Of a stretch of DNA of 64,000 bases, positions 23,749 through 35,447 are shown piece after piece. The stretch spans positions 1 through 64,000 of the forward strand of contig MU626364.1 in assembly GCA_025603075.1 (NCBI GenBank), written 5' to 3'. Under the pieces are notes generated by a model. It made no database searches and had not been told where the DNA came from. It was given only the letters and a program-made list of their open reading frames with translations. Positions within the stretch are counted from its first letter, which is position 1. The number at the start of each line of letters is the position of its first letter. A program made the position numbers and the translations under genes. This DNA comes from Neoconidiobolus thromboides FSU 785. Taxonomy: Eukaryota > Fungi > Entomophthoromycota.

Positions 23749-25347
23749 ATGCGTAATAAAACAAACCATCCTTCCAAATTACCTAGTGGAAATCAGCGAG
23801 TTAATTCCAATAACAATATTACTAGCGACAATTTAAACCAACTACATCAATCCAGTACTGAAGATAGTCATTCTGTTATCTTAGTTACCGCAGGTTATGA
23901 CCATACTATAAGATTTTGGGAAGCTTTATCCGGTATTTGTTCAAGAACTATTCAACATACGGATTCGGTAAGTTTTTGTTCGATCAATTATAAGACAAAA
24001 GAAACAAAATTCAAAGTTAGAGTTAGGGTTATGATTAATTTATTGATTACTTTATTTAATTAGCAAGTAAATAAACTATGTATTTCTCCAGATAAACGAT
24101 TTTTAGCTGCTGGTGGTAAATCAATGATTTATTTAATAATCGAGAATAAAAATCCTAGCCCTTTTTTCAATAGGTCATAATCAAGTACGATTATATGATA
24201 TCCATTCATTGAAACCAGATCCAGTAAGAAAAAAGAATATTAATATAAAAAAAGAATATCAATCTAACCTACATTTAATTGAAGGTAATGATATTTGAAG
24301 GTCATACGAATAATATAGTTTCTATCGGATTTCATCCCGATAACAGTTGGATGGTTACAGGAAGTGAAGATGGTACATTAAAGATTTGGGATACTAGGTA
24401 GCTTTAATTTGTTTGGTTTTTAAAAAGAGTAATATATTTAATATCAATTCAAATTTAAAAGAACACCTGTGATTCAACGTAGTTATGATCATAAAGCACC
24501 TGTAAACGAAGTAGCCATACATCCTAATTCTAATCAATTATTTTCTTGTGATCAAAATGGTAGTATTAAATTATGGAATTTGAGCGATAATTCTTGTACT
24601 CATGAATTGGTAAAAAAATCAATCTTATTTGAATTTAAATTTTTTCTTGAACTTATCATTCCATCAATAAATAGGTACCAGAAGAAGATACACCAATGAG
24701 ATCAGTGACTGTTAGTGCCGATGGTACTATGTTGGTGGCTGGAAGTACTAAAGTAATTATTTAAGATAGCTTGAATTTTTAATGTATAATTTAATTGAGT
24801 GATAAATAGGGTAGTTGTTATGTATGGAAAATGAATAGCAGCGGTAATGGAGATTTAGCAGCAAGTACAAAATTTAAAGCACATAATAAATATTTAACTA
24901 AATGTGTGTTGAGTCCAGATTCAAAGTAAGTTAAGTATTCTATGATTTGGATAATGTTAATTTATTTCCTTATAAAGAACATTAGCCACTTGTTCAGCAG
25001 ATTCAACGGTTAAATTGTGGAGTACTAAAAATTGCTCCTTTAAGCATGAAAAAACATTAATTGGTCATTCAAGATGGGTTTGGGATTGTGCTTTTTCAGC
25101 CGATTCAGCTTATGTAGTAACGGGTAAGTTTTGAAGTTTTAGAGTTTTGTAATATTTATTTATTGTTATTGAATTGATTTTTTCAAAATATATCACTAGT
25201 TTTAATTATTGATTAATTAAATTATCTTTAGCTTCTTCGGATAATACCTCAAGACTTTGGGAGATTGGTACTTCTGATTGTATACGTCAATATAAAGGTC
25301 ATCATAAGGCTACTGTTTGTGTGGCTTTAAATGACTTGTCGTTATAA
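23749..25347 (+). CDS. LST8: TOR complex subunit LST8 (WD40), multi-exon
   Basis: [28 protein letters not shown]; [20 protein letters not shown]; [13 protein letters not shown]. Confidence 0.95.
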
Positions 25348-26194
25348 ATCGTTGATGTTTTTTATAAGTTGAAACGATTGAATTGGATTTAGCAGTACTT
25401 TCTTTTGTGATTTGTAGATTGAAAAGGGAATACAATTAAGGCATTTATAAATGGAAGGTTTATTCTTTTTATTTATAAATATTAATTTGGATTATAAAAT
25501 TATAAAGTTACTTTATATGATAAATTGTTTTATCTTTCATTTTTTTAATGATACCAAAGTAAATTTATATTTGAATTTTAATCTATTAGTTATAGTTTAA
25601 TAAAATGAGCATTTTATTGATACAGTTTTTTATTAAATTTTATATTAGTAATGCTTCTGTAATAAGTAATTTTAAATATTATTATTATTATTTAAAAAAA
25701 GGTTCTAAAAGCTATGTTTAATTTTATTTTATATATATATATATAAATTTTTAAACTACATACTTAAGGACAAAAGTGATTCAATAATAATATAGCTCAA
25801 GTTGTATTATTATCTAAGTTGTTAAATTATAGCTTTTCAAAAAAATGAGCTAAAACTAAGAAAGTATTAAAAAAGACTAATATTTATTATAAATTAATAA
25901 ACTTTTTAAAAAAATTAAAGAAAATTATTTTTAGTTTTATTTTCTAATTTTAAATAAAAAAGTACATTTAATAAAAAAACAAAGTTAATAATACTTTTCT
26001 AAAATATATTAAATTCTTCATAAAATATTGAAAATTACTACCAATTAAAACTACATTAAATATTATTGATAAAAGCTAAAAGATCTATAAATCATAATAA
26101 TATAGAATAAACAATATAATTGTTAAAAGTTAAAACTAACAATAATGATACAATCTTTAAATGATTTGATAGTTAGTTTTATTTCTAACTATAT

Positions 26195-26291
26195 GGGAGT
26201 GTTTTTTTGACTTCATTACTTTTTCCATTTTTAAGCACTATTTGAGCGGAAAATTTGTTAGTAAAATTCTTGATCACAAAAATACATCCCT
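26195..26291 (-). mobile_element. MITE copy
   Basis: ATAT|GGGAGTGT...AATACATCCCT|ATAT. Confidence 0.85.
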
Positions 26292-26408
26292 ATATATAAT
26301 AATAGTTTTAAATTGTTTTGTTTAATTAAATATTTAATGAAACTAATTTAAGTCACTTTTGCTACAGTAATAAATATAAAAATTTAGTATTAAGTTACAT
26401 ATGTAATT

Positions 26409-26481
26409 GCCTGGCTAGCTCAATCGGCAGAGCGTGAGACTCTTAATCTCAAGGTTGCGGGTTCGACCCCCGCGTTGGGCT
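26409..26481 (+). tRNA. tRNA-Lys (CTT)
   Basis: Identical to 15840-15912. Confidence 0.97.
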
Positions 26482-27478
26482 TTATCTTTTTAGATAAAAC
26501 ATAATATTCTGAGTATTTACTACTCAGTGGTTGAGTCAAAAGCAGTTTTTGCTTGATTGAGTAGCCGTAAGTTGAAAAGTCTTGGTTTCTGTGACTAAGA
26601 TGGACTTAAGCTATGAAGAATAGCACGTAATAGGCTACGGACTATGTAAGATAAATAAAATAGATAATACTACTGTAAAATCTATGTAAACTAGTATTAA
26701 GAAAAGTTAGTGGCTTTATTAAAGACACGGTACCAGGGAATAATTCAGTCAAAAAGCTTTGAATTATCATGGTCTAAGATCTCTTTTATACTCCAAAAAG
26801 TATGGATATTAAAACGGGGAGATAATGTCTTTTGGAATCGCATGATAGAAATTCTTATAGCAAATCAAAACAAATAGGCTTGGGATTGATTGCATCTAAA
26901 CTTGAAAACACGACTTGAATCATTGTTGTTATAATCAGTCATAGAGCTGACAAGGCCATATTTCACAATTTTAAAATGATTTAAACTTCTACTAAGCATT
27001 TATTTTAAAATCATGTAAATGCTAACTGGATAGATAGTTATTTTTTTATAAAAATAACTAGTTAATAAGCTATGTTTTTGTTTGTTTTAGCTTAATCTAA
27101 TAATTTTGATATTTGATATTATATTTCTATTAAATATTTATCTTTATTGGTTTTTTTATTGTCAGTAGTAATTATATAAAAACAGTAGCAATAGATATTT
27201 GTTATAATAATAATATTCTATAAAAAAATTAAATTATATAAAAGCTTGAGTAATTTAATAGTTTAATAATCAATTACAGTGTAAAAAACATGTTATACAA
27301 AATAATTTAAAACTGAGCAAAAAGCAGTATTTTTGTAGCACTTGGTGTCAATTTCGCAATTAAAATATTTGAGCTGTTTTAACTGAGTTTTATTTGGTCT
27401 TTACTGCATTTAATGCTGTTATAATTAAAATTAAAATTAAATACAAATTGTTATATCGATCACTAAACAAATTGAATT

Positions 27479-27551
27479 GCCTGGCTAGCTCAATCGGCAG
27501 AGCGTGAGACTCTTAATCTCAAGGTTGCGGGTTCGACCCCCGCGTTGGGCT
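27479..27551 (+). tRNA. tRNA-Lys (CTT)
   Basis: Identical to 15840-15912. Confidence 0.97.
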
Positions 27552-27627
27552 CTAAATAATTTTTTGTTATAGTAGAGTTTTATAGATAATATTACTTTAT
27601 GTATGAAGTAAAAACAAAATTTGTATA

Positions 27628-27700
27628 AGCCCAACGCGGGGGTCGAACCCGCAACCTTGAGATTAAGAGTCTCACGCTCTGCCGATTGAGCTAGCCAGGC
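27628..27700 (-). tRNA. tRNA-Lys (CTT), inverted partner of 27479-27551
   Basis: Exact reverse complement of the other three copies. Confidence 0.97.
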
Positions 27701-27776
27701 AATTTTTATAGCCTTGTGTGTACATGCAATATATTTAAATAAATTACTAACTAGTTAGTTTTCAAAATAAAAATAT

Positions 27777-27862
27777 GGGGATGTATTTTTAGAATTTTAA
27801 TGTTCTTTCTGTTTAAATAGCGTTTAAATGGAAAAAGTGATGAAGCCAAAAAAAGCATCCTT
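27777..27862 (+). mobile_element. MITE copy with an internal deletion
   Basis: ATAT|GGGGATGT...AAAAGCATCCTT|ACAT. Confidence 0.75.
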
Positions 27863-28402
27863 ACATGTTTAAAATTCAAAATAGTTATACTTTTAAGAAG
27901 GTTAGGGTCAGCGATTGTATTTAAATTTAATCAGTAATTTGATAAAAGCTAATACTTTATTGAAAAAACTACTACCTACCCAGTCAATAATCCCTTACCA
28001 ATAATGAGTTGGGACTCATTAGTGGGTTTGAAGCTTACTTGCCAGAATCAATTAGAAACAAGCCTTCAGCTTGGTTGAAGAATGCTTTAAAAACGTCATT
28101 ACTACACCTAATCCTAATGGTAATTCTCAACAAAAATTAATACTGAGATTGAAAACTTAGTGAAAAAATATGTTATTTTTTTATTTTTTTCCTTATTTGG
28201 CATATAATATCTAATTCTAACCTAATTAAATTAATAATCAAAGGAGCATGACTGTTTTTAATTGGATTCAAACAAGGCTAACAAATAAGACACATAAGTT
28301 TTAGGGATAGAAAAGCTTTGGAAAAAAGCGAAAAGCATAACTAAACATCAATATATAAATAAACAGTTGTATTTTTTATTGAGTCGATAATACTTTTTTA
28401 AA

Positions 28403-29087
28403 ATGTTAAAGACAACCAAACAGACACCATTATTGCCCCCAATCAACTTTAAAAAATGGGTAGAAGAGAACCAACATATGTTACAACCACCGGTTAATAA
28501 TTATTGTATCCAACGTGGTGACTTTATTGTCATGGTTGTTGGTGGTCCAAATGCAAGAACGGATTATCATGTTAACGAAACTGAAGTAAATTTTGTTCTG
28601 TTGATCTAATAAATTGTATATTAAATTTGAAAATCAGGAATGGTTTTATCAATACAAAGGTAGGATGTTATTAAAAATAGTCGACAATGGCGAGTTTAGA
28701 GATATAATTATTGATGAGGGTGACTTCTTTTTATTACCTGGTAAGTTAGTTGTTTTAATTTAATGTCCAATTGTTAATTTTTATAGCTAATGTGCCACAT
28801 AACCCATGCAGATTTGAAAATACTATTGGAGTAGTAATTGAGCGTAACCGTCGAGAAGATGAAACTGGTAATCTTAGATATAAATTCAATTCGGATAATT
28901 TTTAACAGTTTTAGACCGATTGAGATGGTATTGCGAGAATTGTAAGGAGATTGTTTACGAAGAGTCTTTCCATTGTTTTGACCTTGGTACTCAGTTAAAG
29001 CCCATCATTGAAAAGTATGCCAATACCGAAGAATTGAGAAAATGCAGCGGATGTGGACATTCTAATTCAGCCAAAGTTCCTAAATAA
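28403..29087 (+). CDS. BNA1: 3-hydroxyanthranilate 3,4-dioxygenase (kynurenine pathway to NAD), 4 exons
   Basis: [23 protein letters not shown]|[24 protein letters not shown] and CSGCG rubredoxin-like Cys; TATATAAA at about 28353. Confidence 0.95.
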
Positions 29088-29550
29088 ATTAATAGTGGGT
29101 TTGTGTTAATTAAATCGAGTTTGTTATACTAATGTAATTTGTATAAATCTGTTTTTGGAAACATTATTATAAATTTGGCGAATAATATAAAGTTAATTTT
29201 TCGAAAACATCTAAAAAAATTATATCAACAATTTTGTTATAAAATTCTCCCTTCTTAAAAAATAGACATCATATAAAAAATAAAAATGGCTTATTTTATT
29301 ATTCTAACATTCTGATATAAAATAGCAAACTAATAATTTTCCTGTTAAAATTCCTTAAAATAGAAAAGGAGAAACAGTTATTAACCTTGACTCAAAAAAC
29401 AAAGCAAAATCCCATAGCAACTTGACTTTCAACAATAATCCAAGTTGATAATTTTTGCAGTGTTTAATCTAATCGAAATTAGATAATCTAACAATTTTAG
29501 TTGACAAAAACGATAATAGCAAGTCTCAAAATTTTTAGAACAATTAAAAG

Positions 29551-29929
29551 ATGAGTGAAGTACCAGGTAAGGATGTAGATTGAACAACTAAAAAGCAATA
29601 AAACTTACTAAAAATATGAAAAGAAATGAAAGTGACACAAAAAGAGTTAAAGGACGCTCGTATTCCTTTGATGTGGCGTGATTATTGTTCCCATCTTTTG
29701 ATCCCTCTCAATAAATGTCGTTACGATAACTATTATCTTACTTGGCGTTGTCAAGATGAAAAGCATGCCTACGAAAAGTGCCAATATGATGAGTAAGTTC
29801 TTATTTTGTATTTGAGTTGAGGATTTTATAGTTTTTTTATTTAGTCTCCAACGTCGTATAAGAGTTAAAAACGAAAGAAAGAGGGTAGCCGAAAAGGAAG
29901 CAATTGAAAAGGCTCAAAATCCGGAATAA
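29551..29929 (+). CDS. NDUFB7: NADH:ubiquinone oxidoreductase subunit B18 (NDUFB7), 3 exons
   Basis: Not in the ORF track. Spliced MSEVPEMKVTQKELKDARIPLMWRDYCSHLLIPLNKCR..WRCQDEKHAYEKCQYD; twin CX9C motif. Confidence 0.9.
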
Positions 29930-30494
29930 TAGTAAAGATTAAAGTTGGATATTAAGGTTTTTAGTTTTTTGGTAATTTGTTTTTTATTGTTTTATTTTGT
30001 TTATGAGTTGAGTGTTATCCTTTGTTGTAATATGCAGTTATTATATAAAAAAGAATTTCATGAGAAAATAGAATAAATCAACTACCAATATGTTGAGTTT
30101 TACCCTCATTTTGGATTATACTACATGCATTTAATGGCTGAGTGAGTTTCTATGGTAGTTAGTAAGAGATTAGTAACATGATTTGGCTAAATATCAGAAT
30201 TCAATGTATTATCTAATCTTATAAAATCAATAACATTTGATAGCTTTCGTTAGATATTTTGATTAATTATGAACATGCTTTCATTATGTGGCTTGAAGCC
30301 TTATTTATTTTATTAAATTATGGTATAGGTTTATTATCTTTAAATAAACATTTAACTTATTCAATAAAGTCAAAAAATATAAAAATACAAAACATTTAAC
30401 AATAATTCATAATACAAAAACCGATAGTTTAATTTAACGCAAAAGTTTAGTAAAAAAATCTATTTAATAAATCCTCGATAACAACATTATATTA

Positions 30495-32081
30495 TTATAG
30501 CTTAACAACTCTAGAATTTTCACTTTCTTCACTTTGTTGCCCTTGTTTTCTTAAAACTTTATCTCTATAGCGTTGATTTCTAACTTCTACAGATGAAGCT
30601 CTATTTCTTTGTAACAAATGGATATAATTTCTAGTTGAACTTCTCTGTCCAGCACCGATAACGATAGGTGTTAAGCTAGGATCCACTTTTGCAAAACTTT
30701 CTAATCCTTCAGGTGCAAGTTTTTCCAGCTCTTTTATAACATTTGAAAAATGGTAAGCTTTAGTTACGCATTCATACCATTTGGTATAAATGGTTCGATA
30801 CGAACGAGCCATAGCACTGATTTCATTTTTGGTATCAAGTTGCCACTTTATCTCTGTTTCATAATCACAATCAAAAAATAACAATGGATAAGGCGCTGAT
30901 AATTCATAAACTGGCTTTTGATTCAACTTTTCAGCATTTAAAAACTCTGTAATTACTTCTGGTTTTTCTAAACCTTGACCAATTAAAAACAAGATCGACA
31001 TGATACAACGTATTTGGTTCCACAAAAATCCAGATCCTTTAATATACAACTCATAACAAAATGGGCTGCTCATTTCCTTATTATTTTCTGGAAACCAGAG
31101 ATCTGCTTTTTGAATTTTGGCTTCAAAAATATCTCTGATAAACACTGATATTTGCTTGCTACCATCCTGCCTACAAAAGTTCCTGAAATCATGAGTTCCA
31201 ACTAAATATGTACATGCTTTGCGCATAAGATCAATATTTAAGTTTGTTCCAGAAGTAGTAAAAAAATACTTATAACTTCTCGATCGGCAATCGAATCTGG
31301 CATTGAAGTCTTCTTTAACTGGCGCCCAAGCTAATACTCGAATATCTTCTGGCAAAGACTTATTGATCATATCGGTGTAAGGTAACTCCCCTTCGACTTC
31401 AAATGGATCTTTTTCTAGCGTTTCTTTTGAAACTCCAGATCGAAGTTTAATTGATATGACTTGTTTTAATCCACTTACTCCTTTATCTGTTCTACCACAT
31501 CTAGAAAAATTACAATCTTTGGGATCTAGTATCAGTTTACAACTTAATAGCGCTTTATAGATATAATCCTCCACTGTTGCAACAATCTTTTGTTTTGGAT
31601 TATCTGGGTTATCTATTTTGAGTCCCTCTTTATCATTAATCTTCTCTAATGGTAAAGCAGTTGAAGCATCACCTTGGGAAGCTAAACCCATATAGTTCCA
31701 GCCAATATAAGCAACTTTTAAAGCAACTTGTCGTTGTGCATATTTGCTCATATCAAACGGTTTCTTCTCTTTGTTTTTATCCTTCTTTTTGTTCTTTTTT
31801 TCTTCACCATCTAGTTTTCTTTTTTTGGCTTCGGTTAAGTTAACTTGGCTTGTTTCTAGGTTGATATCCTTTGATTGAAGATCTAAAACTAATTGAATTA
31901 AATCTTCTTTAGATAATTTGATCAACTCTCCTCTATCTTGGCGACCTATACTACTCATTCTTGAATTGATTAGTCTTAAAATGGGGTTCTGTTTAATTAA
32001 TGTATGATGTTGGAAATAGCTTGGATGATGAGATATTGAAGAAGATACTTTTGAAAAATGTTTTAAACAAGTATTAAGCAT
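30495..32081 (-). CDS. DEG1: tRNA pseudouridine 38/39 synthase (TruA family)
   Basis: VALKVAYIGWNYMG, FSRCGRTDKGVS (catalytic Asp), FNARFDCRSRSYKY, GTHDFRNFC, GSGFLWNQIRC. Confidence 0.92.
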   Translation of the reverse strand: MLNTCLKHFSKVSSSISHHPSYFQHHTLIKQNPILRLINSRMSSIGRQDRGELIKLSKEDLIQLVLDLQSKDINLETSQVNLTEAKKRKLDGEEKKNKKKDKNKEKKPFDMSKYAQRQVALKVAYIGWNYMGLASQGDASTALPLEKINDKEGLKIDNPDNPKQKIVATVEDYIYKALLSCKLILDPKDCNFSRCGRTDKGVSGLKQVISIKLRSGVSKETLEKDPFEVEGELPYTDMINKSLPEDIRVLAWAPVKEDFNARFDCRSRSYKYFFTTSGTNLNIDLMRKACTYLVGTHDFRNFCRQDGSKQISVFIRDIFEAKIQKADLWFPENNKEMSSPFCYELYIKGSGFLWNQIRCIMSILFLIGQGLEKPEVITEFLNAEKLNQKPVYELSAPYPLLFFDCDYETEIKWQLDTKNEISAMARSYRTIYTKWYECVTKAYHFSNVIKELEKLAPEGLESFAKVDPSLTPIVIGAGQRSSTRNYIHLLQRNRASSVEVRNQRYRDKVLRKQGQQSEESENSRVVKL

Positions 32082-32395
32082 TAATTAAATCAGATGATTT
32101 TGCTTAATAAAAAAATAAAATTTAAAAAAATGAATTTTAGTCGAACTTTAAAATTAACAAAAATAAAGTTACTATTAAATGTAACTAAGTTTATTATTTA
32201 AGTATTTTTGATTAACAGGAATGGTTAATACCTTTAAATATAGCACTCTGGTTTTATTGCAGCTATTTTATATTCATCATTATCTACTAACATCGTCCCT
32301 GGCTATTTTTACTAATAATTGCTAATTTTATTCCCATAAAATGATCCAACCCTACTTTTTTAGATTTGTCACATCTAATCTAATCATTTTTAATA

Positions 32396-33039
32396 ATGCA
32401 ATCTATTCGCCAAACACAACGTTTAAGCACCAGCTTACGCTCAATTGCTCAATATCGATTTTACAGTGACAAAGCTATCAAGCCAAATGAAGAATTAATT
32501 ACCACTCGTCCAACAAGTGAAGTAGTACCAGCTGATATTGTATCTGGAGCACCAGGTATGACATTGAAACAATTTTAAATGAAGATTAATTTTATTTAGA
32601 GGAATTGAAGACACGTACTGTTCGTATCTTTCAACCCACAAGAAATGTAATGCAATCAGGAATCAATGCTACTAGAAAATGGTTAATTGATTTTGATATC
32701 CTTGAAGGAAGTGGGCGTTGGGAAAATACTTTAATGGGATGGGCTTCAAGGTTAGTACAAACTTAATGTTTTTTAAAATTGTAATTTAATTTATTTAGTG
32801 CTGATGCCGTACAAGCTTTAAAGATTAAATTTGGAACTAAAGAACAAGCTATCATGTTTGCCGAAAAACAAGGTAAAAACAAAATGTTAAAGTTGACAGA
32901 ATTTGTGTAACACTTAAAATTTAATTTAGGATGGAACTATACAGTCCAAGAGCCTAAACAAAAATCTTTCCGTAAAAAGCTTTATGCTGATAACTTTACC
33001 TATTCTGCAGATAAGTTACGCATGTATAAAACTAAATAA
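32396..33039 (+). CDS. NDUFS4: NADH:ubiquinone oxidoreductase Fe-S protein 4 (18/21 kDa), 4 exons
   Basis: Presequence-like N-terminus, then DIVSGAP|[36 protein letters not shown]|GWNY..YADNF. Confidence 0.93.
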
Positions 33040-33547
33040 GCAACTTTATTAGATTAAATATTAGTTTTTAAATGTTATTTGAGATATAAATAATTCATGT
33101 TAGCGCATAAATTTCATGCCTTTTATATTTTAGTTGTGTTTTGATTTTAAGTTCTTAATTAGCACCACAAATATAAATATATGGGAGAAACATGTGGTTT
33201 ATATAAAATGATGATTAAAGAATGATTCAATATGCTTACTTTAGCCTTAGAGATTTAATAGTCATTGATACAATATAAAAGTTTAATTATTGACTTTGAA
33301 ACTAAATAATAAAATCATATTAGTAAGTCATTAATTATTTTAGTTCTCATTATCGTTTCTTAGTGGTGGTATCGGAGTACTGATACAATGCCGTAAGTTT
33401 TTTTTTGGTAAATAATGATTTTTACAATACAAAATAAAAATTGATAGTAAGGTTTTAAACTTAAATTTAAATTCAAAATGTTAAATTACTTTATTTATAT
33501 ATCAATTGAATTATTAGTAAAGTCAGATTAGAGTAGGGCGAAAGTGT

Positions 33548-33642
33548 GGAGATGTATTTTTGTACTTGGCAATTCTACCAACAATTTTTCCACTCAAATT
33601 AACACTTAAAAATGGAAAAAGTGATAAAACCAAAAAAAATCC
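33548..33642 (+). mobile_element. MITE copy, diverged
   Basis: GGAGATGTATTTTTG..TTTTTCCACTCAAAT..AAAAATGGAAAAAGTGAT..CAAAAAAAATCC. Confidence 0.7.
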
Positions 33643-34364
33643 ATAGTTTAATATCTTGACTTTTAATCTATTTAGCATTTTAACAATCCATTTTTACTAT
33701 TTAAAAGGGAGGTTTCTTACTAAGATATGAAAATATATCATTGTTCACATATTATAACCCCGATCAGTACTCTGCTACTGCTTTTTTTAGCTTATAGTGT
33801 CAATGTCTAACAAAAGCTATTAGTTATTAATTACAGACTTTTGCCCAGTTGGAATATATGTATTTATAGTATTGGACATAAAATGTAACTATTAACATTA
33901 TTACCGAAGATAATAAAAATATAATTCCCAAAATTGAATAGTACTATAGAATCCTTATAGAGGAAGTGTTTTCTAGCTTTGATAGATTTTTCTAGTTATT
34001 CAGTCTTTCTATAAAGTGATTTATTTTTCTCGTAAATTTATCATTTAAAATTAGTACAAATAAACGGTTAGAGCTACAAAAGGGATATTTATCACTTTTA
34101 TTATTCAAGTTTAAGATAAATAAATAGCATTTGTTGAGGAAGCAGTAAACAGGAGTAACTGGTAAACTTACAAAGTATTATTAATAATCCGAGTATCCTA
34201 CAATCATTCACACTTTATCTCTTATCCAAAAAAGTACTAATCAGTTACATAAAAACTTTAACCATTCTATTTTTATTTATCTAACTAAAGATCAGGTAAA
34301 TATGAATTTAGCTTTTTAATTTTTGTACAATTCAACTAGCTATTTGCTTTTAAGGTTAATATCT

Positions 34365-34461
34365 GGAAGTGTTCTTTTGACTTTGTTATTTTTTCCATTT
34401 TTTAAGCGCATTTAAACAGAAAATTTGTTAGTAAAATTCTTGAACACAAAAATACATCCTC
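34365..34461 (-). mobile_element. MITE copy with ATCT target-site duplication
   Basis: ATCT|GGAAGTGT...AATACATCCTC|ATCT. Confidence 0.85.
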
Positions 34462-35447
34462 ATCTATTAAATATAAGTCAAACATTTCCCTTCCCTCCAC
34501 CTTAAATACACCCTCCTCTCAAATGAGGTCAATCGGGTAAATTAATAAGGGATATGAAGTCTTATTGTGAATATCTAATGTGTTACTATGAAGGTCACTT
34601 ACTCCTCGATTCTTCACTCTTCTAAACACAACAACATTTGCTTTTTAATTGAATAAAGCTCAAAACCTATTGGTCTGTGGGCTTTAAAAAAATTAAAATT
34701 AAAACTGATAAAATATTTTGTATTATACTTTTACATCCTAATTAGAAACTAAATATCAGTTTATATTATTCTACATATAATATATATCAGAGCTTATAAT
34801 GTTTTTGTTTTGAGGAAATTTTAAATAAATTATCTTTGGTCAAATTACTTTTATTTATTAAGTTTATTTATTAATAATAAAAATTGAAAAGAAATAAAAA
34901 ATTCAATGCTGTTATATTTAGATATCAATATCAGTCATTTAAATTTAAAAGTATTATAAATCATGAAATAAAGTTTTAATTATATGCCAATACCTCACAA
35001 TATTAACTGAAAGCTTTAATATCAAACGATTTTTTTGTATAGTTAAAAGATGACAGATTTAATTTAACAAGAATATTACTAAATTAAATCATTAAACATC
35101 ACGCAATAAAATTAGACCTGGGTAATTAAGTTTAAGACTCAAATTATTTTATTCAAATATCAAAATTAGCTAAACGCGGATAAAAGATTTCCGATTTAAA
35201 TAGTGAATTTATTACTTTGCATTACTAAAAAAGCGGTCAAGTTTATCCAAAATTCACTTATTTGATCCTTTTAGAAAATACTTGCTCTTTTTGAACTTAT
35301 TTTTAGTTACCAAATTAGTACAATATTTGAATTTAATTTTACATTAAAAAACTTTATTTAGATAAATTTGAAAACTATGAAACTATAGAAAGTCTAAGGC
35401 TTTGAACAAAAGGAATAATAATAATAATGACAAGATATAATCGCAGT

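Noticed and set aside
33344-33392. 49-nt segment bounded by a good acceptor and a GTAAGT donor (FSLSFLSGGIGVLIQC)
   Set aside because: Could not be linked to a start, a stop or other exons
34480-34700. C-rich patch with TATA-like and AATAAA signals, resembling a solo LTR
   Set aside because: No TG...CA ends, TSD or second copy in the window
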